A program made the position numbers and the translations under genes. Positions 49,491 through 59,255 of a stretch of DNA of 64,000 nt are shown here, piece by piece (the stretch's first letter is position 1; each line of letters starts with the position of its first letter). The DNA lies in contig OZ241986.1 in NCBI GenBank assembly GCA_965204375.1, positions 5,088,001-5,152,000 on the forward strand, in the 5' to 3' direction. The DNA is from Candidatus Latescibacterota bacterium. GTDB taxonomy: Bacteria; Latescibacterota; UBA2968. Below the pieces are notes generated by a model, which did no database searches, was not told where the DNA came from, and worked only from the letters and a program-made list of their open reading frames with translations.

Positions 49491-51422
49491 TTGATTCCCC
49501 GACAAGTGTTATTTGGCAACCCAGAAAAATCCATGGCTCGGATCAGTCCCGACGGCGCGTACCTGAGCTACCTCGCGCCAGTGGAGGGCGTTTTGAACGT
49601 CTGGATCGCCACAGTAGATGATCCCGACTCAGCCAGGCCGATCACCAAAGACGAAGAACGCGGCATCCGCTACTACGACTGGACCTATGATAGGCAGCAC
49701 ATCCTGTACTACCAGGATGCAAAGGGCGATGAAGATTGGCATGTGTACGCGACGAATATCGCTACGGGCGAGACCCGAGACCTGACGCCCTTTGAAAAAG
49801 TCAACTCACAGATTCTTTCGGTCAATGAAAAGACGCCCAACGAGATCCTGGTCGGCATCAACAACCGCAATCCGCAGTTGCACGACGTCTATCGCATCGC
49901 GCTTTCCAATGGCGAGCGGACTCTGGTCGAAGAGAATCCGGGCTTTGTCTCTTACCTGTTTGACAACGACGACCGCACGCGTTTTGCCATGACGTTTTCG
50001 CCGACCGGGGGACAAGAGATCCTCCAACGGGACGAGAGCAACCAGTGGCAACCCTTCCTGGAAGTCCCCAACACCGATGCCATGACGACCTATCTGACCG
50101 GCTTCGACAAGTCAAACCAGATTCTCTATATGATCGACAGCCGCAAGCGAAACACGGCCGCCTTGTTCACTCTTGATCTGGCATCCGGCAAACAAGAACT
50201 GGTGGCCGAGGACGGTCGCGCGGATGTGGGCGGGATGCTGGTTCATCCGACAGAGAAACACGCGCAGGCCGTGTCGTTCACTTACGACCGCAACCACTGG
50301 CACGTGCTGGACCCGGCGATTCAAGAGGACATGGATTACTTGCACTCGGTGGAAGACGGCGAATTGTCCATCACCAGCCGCACACTCGACGACCGCTTGT
50401 GGACAGCGGCCTATGTCCTGGACAACGGGCCAGTTAAATACTACCTGTACGACCGCACCGGGAAACAGGCGAATTATTTGTTCAGCAACCGCACGGACCT
50501 GGACGAGTATCAACTGGCCAGGATGCATTCGCTGACCATCAAATCCCGCGACGGGTGGAATCTGGTCAGCTATCTGACGCTTCCCCCCGGCAGCGCCTCC
50601 GACGGAGACGCTCGGCCGAGCAATCCGGTACCGCTGGTTTTACTGGTTCACGGGGGTCCCTGGGGACGCGACATCTGGGGCTACGATCCGCATCATCAAT
50701 GGCTGTCGAACCGCGGTTACGCCGTGCTGAGTGTCAACTTCCGCGGCTCAACCGGTTTCGGCAAAGAGTTCACCAACGCTGGCAATGGCGAGTGGGCCGG
50801 CAAAATGCACGACGACCTGATCGACGCTGTCAACTGGGCAGTCCGGGAAAAGATCACGCAGCGCGACCAGGTGGCGATTATGGGCGGCAGCTACGGTGGA
50901 TACGCGACCCTGGTCGGATTGACCTTCACGCCCGAGACATTCGTCTGCGGCGTCGATATCGTCGGCCCAAGCAACCTCGTCACACTACTACAAAACGTGC
51001 CGCCTTATTGGGTTCCGATCCTGCCGGTGATGAAAGACCGCGTAGGTGACTGGACGACAGAAGAGGGCCAGAAATTCTTGCTGGCCAAATCGCCGCTTGC
51101 GTGCGTAGATCAGATCCAGTGCCCGCTGCTGATCGGCCAGGGCGCCAACGACCCGCGCGTCAAGCAAGTCGAATCCGATCAAATCGTCGAGGCGATGAAG
51201 CAAAAAAACATCCCTGTGACCTACGTGCTTTATCCGGACGAAGGGCACGGATTCGCACGGCCGGAAAACCGCTTGTCGTTTTACGCCGTCGCTGAGGCGT
51301 TCTTGTCCGAGCACCTGGGCGGACGGTTTGAACCGGTCGGAGAAGACTTTCAAGGATCGAAAATTCAGGTACCAGAGGGCGCGGACCAGGTCCCTGGACT
51401 CCAGGCGGCTCTGGAGCAATGA
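49491..51422 (+). CDS. S9 family peptidase (dipeptidyl aminopeptidase/acylaminoacyl peptidase)
   Basis: VHGGPW, GGSYGGY, GANDPRV, DEGHG catalytic triad; TTG start after AAGGAG. Confidence 0.95.
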   Translation: MIPRQVLFGNPEKSMARISPDGAYLSYLAPVEGVLNVWIATVDDPDSARPITKDEERGIRYYDWTYDRQHILYYQDAKGDEDWHVYATNIATGETRDLTPFEKVNSQILSVNEKTPNEILVGINNRNPQLHDVYRIALSNGERTLVEENPGFVSYLFDNDDRTRFAMTFSPTGGQEILQRDESNQWQPFLEVPNTDAMTTYLTGFDKSNQILYMIDSRKRNTAALFTLDLASGKQELVAEDGRADVGGMLVHPTEKHAQAVSFTYDRNHWHVLDPAIQEDMDYLHSVEDGELSITSRTLDDRLWTAAYVLDNGPVKYYLYDRTGKQANYLFSNRTDLDEYQLARMHSLTIKSRDGWNLVSYLTLPPGSASDGDARPSNPVPLVLLVHGGPWGRDIWGYDPHHQWLSNRGYAVLSVNFRGSTGFGKEFTNAGNGEWAGKMHDDLIDAVNWAVREKITQRDQVAIMGGSYGGYATLVGLTFTPETFVCGVDIVGPSNLVTLLQNVPPYWVPILPVMKDRVGDWTTEEGQKFLLAKSPLACVDQIQCPLLIGQGANDPRVKQVESDQIVEAMKQKNIPVTYVLYPDEGHGFARPENRLSFYAVAEAFLSEHLGGRFEPVGEDFQGSKIQVPEGADQVPGLQAALEQ

Positions 51423-51429
51423 GAACCAC

Positions 51430-52401
51430 ATGACAATCTCCCTCGACCCCATCCGCGATGAATTGATCGCTTGGGCAGAATCCCTCTACCTCCCGGACAC
51501 GGGTGCCTTCCGCAATGGCGACGCACCCGCGCCCAGCCTTCCCAGCACCCTCTTTATCACCTATATCCTGTACAGCATAAACGCGCTCGACGCAGTCGCG
51601 CTTGACCGCGCAAAATGGATCGCTTGGATCCAGTCGCAACAGAGCGAACAGGACGGATCCTTCACCTTCCCACCTACAGACAGGCGGGGGATCGCATTTT
51701 GGAACGCAGTTCGCGCACTCAACATCCTCGGCGCTCAGGTCCTGCGATTCCCTGACGACCAGCGCAACGCAACAACCATCGCTGAACTTCGCCAATGGTT
51801 CAAAACGTGGAAAGCATCCGGCGACACCCATCACGAAGTACTCGCGCGCGTCCCCATGCTCGTCAGCCATCCAGACCCCGCGTGGGTCCAGGCATTCTTC
51901 GACGAACTCGCCGCACAACAGCACCCCACACTGGGAACATGGCCCGGTGAAGGTCCCACCAACATCAGCCGCACATTTGCCTACAGCCTGATCTACACGG
52001 GCATGGACAAACTCCCGCCCCAAGCTGAGAAAATCGTAGATGCCATGCTAAATCTCCAGGAAGAGAATGGCTTCTGGCACGGAAGTCCAAATTTTTCAAC
52101 CATGGACGCGGTCTATCTGCTATCGCGACTGCCAAAATCCACCGAATGGCGCGAGACAGATGCAACCGACGCGCTACACCGCACAGCAGACGCGCTCATC
52201 CCCTATTACAAAGCGCATGCAGAACGCGACAAACAGGACACCCATCAATTCGCAGCCACTGTACAAACTTATGCCCTGCTATACGAAGCATTGCCCCAGC
52301 GATTTACAACATCGCACCCGTGGCGCTTCGGATGGAGCAACCGGGCGTTTTGGCAATGCCGCGTGATTGAAGAAGCATTGGCTGATCAGGGTAAGGCATA
52401 G
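51430..52401 (+). CDS. hypothetical protein, prenyltransferase/squalene-oxidase-repeat-like toroid
   Basis: Repeated Q..DG-aromatic motifs (QQSEQDGSF, QQHPTLGTW, LQEENGFW). Confidence 0.6.
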   Translation: MTISLDPIRDELIAWAESLYLPDTGAFRNGDAPAPSLPSTLFITYILYSINALDAVALDRAKWIAWIQSQQSEQDGSFTFPPTDRRGIAFWNAVRALNILGAQVLRFPDDQRNATTIAELRQWFKTWKASGDTHHEVLARVPMLVSHPDPAWVQAFFDELAAQQHPTLGTWPGEGPTNISRTFAYSLIYTGMDKLPPQAEKIVDAMLNLQEENGFWHGSPNFSTMDAVYLLSRLPKSTEWRETDATDALHRTADALIPYYKAHAERDKQDTHQFAATVQTYALLYEALPQRFTTSHPWRFGWSNRAFWQCRVIEEALADQGKA

Positions 52402-52590
52402 GAACAGCCTGAACATATATTTTTCCTCACACCATAACACTATATGCCTATTGATATTCACTCCGCCATAAAATATATTGCGATTAAGTGATATAATAGA
52501 GAGGGACACTGGGGAAATTATGAGGTGGAGGTCATGGAGGCCTACGTTGTGCTACGGCACCAGGCCCCCTCGCCGTCAGGGAGTCTCAAC

Positions 52591-54192
52591 ATGACGACAA
52601 CAGCCATGCGTTTCTTCAACACCGCCGGCCCCATCAAGGCAGAGATGCACTACCACATTCCGCCCCTGGCCCGGCTCGACGTCAATGACCTCCTGATGCT
52701 CATCCAGCAGGAAAAGTACTTCGTCCTGCACGCGCCTCGCCAGACCGGCAAGACCTCCGCGCTCCTATCACTAAGGGACGACCTCAATGCCAGCGACGAG
52801 TTCCGCTGTGCGTACGTCAATGTCGAAATCGGACAAGCGGCACGGGAAGACGTGGGCGCGGCCATGCGGGCGATTCTCAGCGCGCTGGGTCGTGCTGCAC
52901 GCCACACGCTGGACGACCTGTTTGTCTCTCAAGTCTGGCCCAGCATTCTCGATAGCGCCGGTCCCAACGACGCGCTGGGGGAGACCCTTGCACGCTGGGC
53001 CGAATCGGACGCCAGACCGCTGGTGCTCATGATCGACGAGATTGACGCGCTGATCGGCGACACCCTGCTGTCCGTGCTGCGACAATTGCGCGCAGGCTAC
53101 CCGGATCGCCCGCGTCGGTTTCCACAGAGCGTGATCCTGTGTGGTGTGCGCGATGTGCGCGATTACCGCATCCAATCTTCCGCCGAGAATGCCATCATCG
53201 CCGGGGGCAGCGCGTTCAATATTCGCGCCGAGTCCCTGCGGCTTGGAGACTTCTCCCGCGACGACGTCGAATCACTGCTGGAGCAACACACCGCAGAGAC
53301 CGGACAGGCATTCGCCGAGGAGGCGCGCGCCGTGGTCTGGGAACTGACCCAGGGCCAACCGTGGCTGGTCAACGCCCTGGCCTACGAAGCCTGCTTCAAG
53401 AACAAGGCCGGACGCGACCGCAGCCAGTCAATCACCGCCGACGCCATCCAGGACGCCCGCGAACAATTGATTCGCCGCCGCGAGACACACCTGGATCAAC
53501 TCACCGACAAGCTCCAGGAGGAACGGGTGCGCCGGGTAATCGAACCGCTACTAAAAGGATCCGATGAAGCTGGCTCGTTTGCCGACGACGACCTGCAGTA
53601 CGTACGCGACCTGGGCCTCGTGCGCACCGACAATCCAATTGCCATTGCCAACCCAATTTATCGCGAGGTAATCCCGCGCGACCTCACCTACACCACCCAG
53701 GCGGGGTTTCACCATGACCCGACCTGGTACATTGATGCTAACGGCATCCTGCAAGTAGGCAAGCTGCTGGCCGCGTTCCAGGCGTTTTTCCGCGAGCACT
53801 CCGAGCACTGGATAGAGCGGTTCCAGTACAAGGAAGCCGGTCCGCAGTTGTTGCTACAGGCATTTTTGCAGCGCATCGTCAACAGCGGTGGGCGGATTGA
53901 ACGCGAATATGGCCTGGGTCGGATGCGGACGGATTTGCTGGTGGTATGGCCGGTGGGCGGGGATTCCAGCAGGATACAGAAGGTCGTCATTGAGTGCAAG
54001 CTGCTGCACCGGAGTCTGGAACAGACATTGCGCGACGGGCTTGAGCAAACACGCGCCTACATGGACCGCTGCGCGACGGTGGAAGGACACCTCGTGCTCT
54101 TTGACCGCACCGAGGACAAGTCGTGGGACGACAAGGTGTACCGCCGCGACGAAACCGAAGGCGGCGCACCGGTCACGGTGTGGGGGATATGA
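52591..54192 (+). CDS. AAA-like ATPase with C-terminal PD-(D/E)xK-like domain
   Basis: RFFNTAGP, APRQTGKT, MIDEID, REYGLGRMRTD...IECK. Confidence 0.85.
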   Translation: MTTTAMRFFNTAGPIKAEMHYHIPPLARLDVNDLLMLIQQEKYFVLHAPRQTGKTSALLSLRDDLNASDEFRCAYVNVEIGQAAREDVGAAMRAILSALGRAARHTLDDLFVSQVWPSILDSAGPNDALGETLARWAESDARPLVLMIDEIDALIGDTLLSVLRQLRAGYPDRPRRFPQSVILCGVRDVRDYRIQSSAENAIIAGGSAFNIRAESLRLGDFSRDDVESLLEQHTAETGQAFAEEARAVVWELTQGQPWLVNALAYEACFKNKAGRDRSQSITADAIQDAREQLIRRRETHLDQLTDKLQEERVRRVIEPLLKGSDEAGSFADDDLQYVRDLGLVRTDNPIAIANPIYREVIPRDLTYTTQAGFHHDPTWYIDANGILQVGKLLAAFQAFFREHSEHWIERFQYKEAGPQLLLQAFLQRIVNSGGRIEREYGLGRMRTDLLVVWPVGGDSSRIQKVVIECKLLHRSLEQTLRDGLEQTRAYMDRCATVEGHLVLFDRTEDKSWDDKVYRRDETEGGAPVTVWGI

Positions 54193-54204
54193 AAAGAGAT
54201 CGAA

Positions 54205-54600
54205 ATGGGAGCAATGCACGTCACCGTTACGATACGGAACCCCGCCGAACCAGATAGAACCTGGGAAGGTCTCTTTCTAATTGATATGGGAGCGACCGAT
54301 TCTCTCGTATCAAGACCACATCTGGAATCCATCGGTCTCATCCCCAAAGGTCAGCGCGTGTATGAACTGGCCGACGGTAGTGAGATCAGAATGGATATTA
54401 CGACCGCAGACATCGAATTTATGGGAGAGATCGTCGGTGGAACGATCTTATTTGGGGAAGCAAATGCCGAACCGCTGCTCGGGGTGACCGCCCTAGAGTC
54501 CGTGGGCATCGAAGTTGACCCAATTAACCAGCGACTAAAACGACTACCCGCCGTACGCCTCAAGAGCTTGTGGACGAGATCGAGATTTGAGAAAGGATAA
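54205..54600 (+). CDS. clan AA aspartic protease-like protein
   Basis: LID(M)GA, ELADGS, PLLGVTALE; DTG motif reads DMG. Confidence 0.8.
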   Translation: MGAMHVTVTIRNPAEPDRTWEGLFLIDMGATDSLVSRPHLESIGLIPKGQRVYELADGSEIRMDITTADIEFMGEIVGGTILFGEANAEPLLGVTALESVGIEVDPINQRLKRLPAVRLKSLWTRSRFEKG

Positions 54601-54602
54601 CG

Positions 54603-54855
54603 GCATGAAAGTACGACAGCCGCGTTATAGAAAAGAGGTGTTCGCCCGGCGTGGTCAGACAATCTACGAACAACACGTGAGGACACAGGTGGAAGAAGGC
54701 AACCGTGACAGGATCGTGGCAATTGATATTGAAACAGGCGAGTTCGAGGTGGCGGACGACCCACTTGCCGCATCTGACCAACTTTTTGCGCGTTGTCCAG
54801 ATGCGCAGCCGTGGCTGATCCGCATCGGTCACCGTGCGCTACATCGGTTCGGGCA
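54603..54855 (+). repeat. 253-bp direct repeat, copy 1
   Basis: Collinear and nearly identical to 58072-58324. Confidence 0.9.
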
Positions 54856-54916
54856 TATCCCGACGCTACAAGTGGTTGATTGGAATGTCATGGCAATGGA
54901 GAAACCGATATGCTAA
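54605..54916 (+). CDS. small DUF5678-like protein (usual partner of clan AA proteases)
   Basis: ARRGQTIYE...IVAIDIETGEFEV...RIG. Confidence 0.7.
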   Translation: MKVRQPRYRKEVFARRGQTIYEQHVRTQVEEGNRDRIVAIDIETGEFEVADDPLAASDQLFARCPDAQPWLIRIGHRALHRFGHIPTLQVVDWNVMAMEKPIC

Positions 54917-56226
54917 AGCGTATTCATATCCAGGGTTACAAGTCTCTCGAAGATATAGAAGTGTCTCTGTCTCAGCTTGTGGTCCTGCTCGGACCAAATG
55001 GAGCTGGTAAGAGCAATTTGCTTGATGCTTTACAACTGCTATCAAAGCTGGGGACGAGTCGGACACTCAAAGAAGCCTTTGATCCACCCTATCGCGGCAA
55101 GCCGCTCGAATCCTTTACCATAGGGCAAAAAGGCATCAAAGGCCTGCTTGAACAAGAGAGACTGTCGTTCTCAATTGAAGCTGACCTGAGCTTGTCGGAC
55201 GCGGTCATTAACGCTGTCAATCGACAGATACGAGAAATGCGTCGTACACACAGCGGAGTCAAATCTAAAGAGAGAAGTAAGACTCCCAACCAGGTCCGCG
55301 AACGCGACTTGCGCTACCGCATTGAGATTGAAATGCTGCCCAAGTCAGGTATCCTGCGCGTAGCTGATGAATATCTGGCCGCCTTAAATGCCAATGGAGA
55401 ACCCACCGGCAGGCGTAAGCCATTTCTCGAACGGCAGGGTGAAAGTATCCACCTGTGGCCCGAAGGACAGGAGCACCCCACCTATTACTATTATGACCGT
55501 TACCTGGACCACAGCATCCTCTCTATGCCCCTTTATCAGCCACACTATCCCCACCTTGCGGCGGCCCGGCGCGAACTGGAGAGTTGGCTGTTCTTCTACT
55601 TCGAGCCGCGCGAACGCATGCGCGCCGCCAATCCAGTAAAGGAAGTCCGCCATATCGGTTTGATGGGCGAAGAACTCGCCGCCTTCCTCAATACTCTGAA
55701 AGCAACCGATGCTGGACAGTTCAAGGGGATCGAAAAGGCGTTACACGCGCTGATGCCGGAAATCGACGGCATTGAAGTGGAAGTGAGCGATCTCGGCGAG
55801 GTCGAGCTTCATTTCAAGGAAAACGGTGTGGCGATACCGGCCCGCATTCTCTCCGAAGGTACGTTGCGTATGCTCGGACTCCTGGCCTTGACCGGAGTTG
55901 CCGAAGCTCCTGCATTGGTCGGATTTGAGGAACCAGAAAACGGCATTCACCCGCGCCGCATCCAATTGATCGCGGAATTCCTGAAAACACAGGAGATGCT
56001 GAGACAGACGCAGTACATTGTCACCACGCACTCGCCGATCCTCCCCGACCTGCTATCGGATAGTTCCCTGTTTGTCGTAAACCGAATCAACCACAAAACA
56101 CGAATTGAGCCGTTTTCTACCTGGGGACCATTGGGACGGAATAGTGATATTGCTCAAGCACTCTCGGACAATCAGGAGGCACTTTCCATATCCGAGCGCA
56201 TTTTGAGAGGGGATTTTGATGCGTGA
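54910..56226 (+). CDS. ABC-type (AAA_21/AAA_15-like) ATPase
   Basis: GYKSL, GPNGAGKSN, LSEGT, FEEPENGIHP, TTHSP. Confidence 0.9.
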   Translation: MLKRIHIQGYKSLEDIEVSLSQLVVLLGPNGAGKSNLLDALQLLSKLGTSRTLKEAFDPPYRGKPLESFTIGQKGIKGLLEQERLSFSIEADLSLSDAVINAVNRQIREMRRTHSGVKSKERSKTPNQVRERDLRYRIEIEMLPKSGILRVADEYLAALNANGEPTGRRKPFLERQGESIHLWPEGQEHPTYYYYDRYLDHSILSMPLYQPHYPHLAAARRELESWLFFYFEPRERMRAANPVKEVRHIGLMGEELAAFLNTLKATDAGQFKGIEKALHALMPEIDGIEVEVSDLGEVELHFKENGVAIPARILSEGTLRMLGLLALTGVAEAPALVGFEEPENGIHPRRIQLIAEFLKTQEMLRQTQYIVTTHSPILPDLLSDSSLFVVNRINHKTRIEPFSTWGPLGRNSDIAQALSDNQEALSISERILRGDFDA

Positions 56227-56794
56227 GATTGCGCTCTTCGTTGAGGACTACGCGCATCAACAAGTTATCGGTGCTCTCGTGTGTCGGATGGCCCTGGAAT
56301 ACAATATCCCTATACGACTCGACTGGCGCAACGCAGTAGGTGGTCACGGCAAAGTCATCGCAGAACTTGACGATTATCTGCGCGACCTAAAGTGGCAGGG
56401 GAGTCCCTGGCCAGACTTGATCGTTGTCGCCACCGACGCCAATTGCAAAGGACTGAATGAGCGTACGCGAGAGATCGTCCGTCGGGATGCCCCTGCACCG
56501 ATAATCTTGGCCATTCCCGATCCGCATATTGAGCGTTGGCTGTTGCTCGACGGCGCAGCCTTCAGGGCAGTGTTGGGTAAAGGCTGCGATGCACCTGATC
56601 AGAAATGTGCTCGATATCGCTATAAACAACTGCTGATTGAGGCCATTTATGCCACGGGAACAACACCCAGAATCGGCGGTATCGAATATGCAGAAGATAT
56701 TATCCAAAAAATAAATATCAACCGCGCCGCACGAGCGGATAGATCTTTCAATCGCTTTGTGACGGATTTGCGCAACGCATTTCGAGGAGCCTGA
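56216..56794 (+). CDS. DUF4276/RloB-like TOPRIM-fold protein
   Basis: LFVED, VATDAN, PHIERWLL, SFNRF; overlaps the ATPase stop. Confidence 0.65.
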   Translation: MMREIALFVEDYAHQQVIGALVCRMALEYNIPIRLDWRNAVGGHGKVIAELDDYLRDLKWQGSPWPDLIVVATDANCKGLNERTREIVRRDAPAPIILAIPDPHIERWLLLDGAAFRAVLGKGCDAPDQKCARYRYKQLLIEAIYATGTTPRIGGIEYAEDIIQKININRAARADRSFNRFVTDLRNAFRGA

Positions 56795-56873
56795 CCACCA
56801 ACGACAAACGCTTCTCCTTTCCGCATTGGAACTTAATAACGATAGAACACACCAGCACAGGAGCACATCAACC

Positions 56874-57998
56874 ATGAAAATCACCGATGTAGAAACCATC
56901 GTAATCCAAAACATCCAGCCCTATCGCGGGGGAAGATACTGGCTCTTTATTCAACTCATCACCGACGAAGGCATTGTAGGACTGGGCGAGCGCCCCTCGG
57001 GAAATGCCACCAATTTGGACTCTCAAATCAGCCTCATCAAGAACCTGTGTCAGCAATTCGCCATCGGCACAAGCCCCTTTGACATCGAAAGCCTGTGGCA
57101 GCGCATCTTTGCGGCCCGGCACGACTATCGCCACCCCGGCCTCGACGCAACACCCGCCTTGAGCGCCATCGAAATGGCGTGTTGGGACATCGTCGGCAAA
57201 GCATTGAACCAGCCCATCTACAATCTGCTCGGCGGCAGGGTCCACGACAAACTCAGGGCTTATGCCTATATGCCGACCGACGGCATCTGGGAAAATCCAG
57301 AACGCGCGGGCGAAATCGCAACCCGTCTGGTCGCGGATGGAAACACCGCCTGCAAATTCGATCCTTTCCACCCAATCTTTCCCAATCCGCGCGACTTCTC
57401 ACTCAAAACCATCCGTCACGTCGCCAAAATATTCAAAAGCATCCGGGACGCAGTCGGCGACGAATTGGAAATCGGCATTGGCACCCACGGACAGTTCAGC
57501 ACATCTGGCGCAATCCGCGTGGCAAAAGAACTGGAAGAATTCAGCCCCTTCTGGTTCGAGGAACCCGTCCCCCCAGAAAACATCGACGAAATGGCCCGCG
57601 TCGCCGCCCACACCAGCATCCCAATAGCCACGGGCGAACGACTCGTCACCAAATACGAATTTGCCGAACTCCTCAAAAAACAGGCCGCACAGATCCTGCA
57701 ATTAGACGTGGGACAATGCGGCGGAATATTGGAATCCAAAAAAATCGCCAGCATGGCCGAAGCCCACTACGCCCTCATCGCACCCCACATGTATTGCGGA
57801 CCCGTCGCCGCAGCCGCCGCAGTGCAACTCGACACATGCTCGCCGAATTTCTTAATCCAGGAATTCAACGCCAACGACCTCCACAGCGAAATATTCAAAG
57901 AGCCAATCCTATTTGAAAACGGCTATATCACCCCACCAACAGGACCTGGTCTGGGCATCGAACTCGACGAATCAGTGGTTGCGAAACACCGCGCGTAA
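56874..57998 (+). CDS. enolase-superfamily acid-sugar dehydratase
   Basis: EMACWDIVGK, KFDPF, GTHG, WFEEP, ATGER, APH. Confidence 0.88.
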   Translation: MKITDVETIVIQNIQPYRGGRYWLFIQLITDEGIVGLGERPSGNATNLDSQISLIKNLCQQFAIGTSPFDIESLWQRIFAARHDYRHPGLDATPALSAIEMACWDIVGKALNQPIYNLLGGRVHDKLRAYAYMPTDGIWENPERAGEIATRLVADGNTACKFDPFHPIFPNPRDFSLKTIRHVAKIFKSIRDAVGDELEIGIGTHGQFSTSGAIRVAKELEEFSPFWFEEPVPPENIDEMARVAAHTSIPIATGERLVTKYEFAELLKKQAAQILQLDVGQCGGILESKKIASMAEAHYALIAPHMYCGPVAAAAAVQLDTCSPNFLIQEFNANDLHSEIFKEPILFENGYITPPTGPGLGIELDESVVAKHRA

Positions 57999-58000
57999 GG

Positions 58001-58029
58001 TTGCGTAAAATTGTGTTATCGGCTATAAT
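58001..58029 (+). promoter_or_regulatory. putative sigma70 promoter
   Basis: TTGCGT-17-TATAAT upstream of AAGGAG and ATG 58074. Confidence 0.55.
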
Positions 58030-58071
58030 CTATTGTTGCCATGTCATCATTATGAGACGCTAAGGAGAACA

Positions 58072-58324
58072 GCATGAAAGTACGACAACCGCGTTATAGC
58101 AAAGAGGAGTTCGCCCGACGTGGTCAGACAATCTACGAGCAACAAGTGAGACAGCAGGTGGAAGAAGGCAACAGTGGCAGGATCGTGGCGATTGATATTG
58201 AGACGGGTGAGTTCGAGGTAGCGGACGACCCACTTGCCGCCTCTGACCAACTTTTTGCGCGTTGTCCAGATGCACAGCCGTGGTTGATCCGCATCGGGCA
58301 CCGTGCGCTACATCGCTTCGGGCA
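58072..58324 (+). repeat. 253-bp direct repeat, copy 2
   Basis: See copy 1. Confidence 0.9.
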
Positions 58325-58349
58325 CTCTCAGGCCGGAAGCGCGATATGA
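58074..58349 (+). CDS. small DUF5678-like protein (second copy)
   Basis: Near-identical to 54605-54916 up to HRFGH. Confidence 0.75.
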   Translation: MKVRQPRYSKEEFARRGQTIYEQQVRQQVEEGNSGRIVAIDIETGEFEVADDPLAASDQLFARCPDAQPWLIRIGHRALHRFGHSQAGSAI

Positions 58350-58365
58350 TTGAAGGTGCCCAGCG

Positions 58366-58566
58366 ATGATTCGGAATAACCGTGAACTTGAGGCAACCAA
58401 GGAGCGCATTAGATACTTTCAACAACAGGTTGAAAAACTGCGACAGACTAAAACCAATCCCCATAATTATCAGTTATCGGCAGGAGGATTTATTGCCGAA
58501 ATTGACCGGATGAATATCGAGGTAAGAGAGTTTCTTTCATTGCATCCCTGTCAATTAAAGGAATAG
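58366..58566 (+). CDS. small helical hypothetical protein
   Basis: Protein-like helical-hairpin sequence MIRNNRELEATKERI...IAEIDRMNIEVREFL. Confidence 0.6.
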   Translation: MIRNNRELEATKERIRYFQQQVEKLRQTKTNPHNYQLSAGGFIAEIDRMNIEVREFLSLHPCQLKE

Positions 58567-59015
58567 GTCCCCTGAGGATATTGCACGCTTTGAAAAGCGA
58601 AGCCTGAAACTTCCAATATTTAAGATGAGGAAACTAAACTACAGCGAAAGCGTCAAAGATAACACTGGACACAAGGTTTGCCATGAGCAAATTTTTCGCA
58701 TATCCTTTACTTTATTAGTTTTATTTTTTCTTGACGGTGTTAAATTTGACAGTGTTAAGTATTTTCATCATGCCTCGTATTCATGGCTCAAAACTTGTAC
58801 TTTTATCTCAGTTCAGTTCAGTATTTATCCCAAAAGGTGGTATTTAAACCCAAGGTGTGAACTGTGTGCAAAGTATATAAGGATCACAACTTAGGTTATT
58901 TAAGCTCTGATCAATCCAATTTTTAGTTCCATTTTTTTTTAAGAATTTCATTTTTTTGGCTTGCTTTTTGCTTATATTGACGTTGGGGAGAATCCACCTT
59001 AAAATAGGAGAAAAA

Positions 59016-59255
59016 ATGGCCTCTTTAAAAACAGTACTCGATGATGAACTTACTGACTTTTTAGACAGTATTGGGGTTTTAAGTGATATTGTAGCTGGTC
59101 GGCTAAAGTGTAAGTTTTGTGGAGAGGTTGTGACGCTGGAGAATTTTCACGCGATTTTTCCAGATAGTGGCAATATCTCCGTTGTTTGTTCAAATCTTGC
59201 GTGTTCAAAGGCTCTGAGTGAATACATTTACGAACAAAAGGCCCAAGTCGCATGA
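59016..59255 (+). CDS. small Cys4 zinc-finger protein
   Basis: RBS AGGAG; CKFC...CSNLAC. Confidence 0.75.
   Translation: MASLKTVLDDELTDFLDSIGVLSDIVAGRLKCKFCGEVVTLENFHAIFPDSGNISVVCSNLACSKALSEYIYEQKAQVA

Noticed and set aside
58625-58894. 89-aa ORF in the AT-rich spacer
   Set aside because: No RBS or motifs; probably spurious
58977-59005. TTGACG-17-TAAAAT promoter
   Set aside because: Good consensus, but the implied start site would fall downstream of the AGGAG RBS, so it is left uncalled
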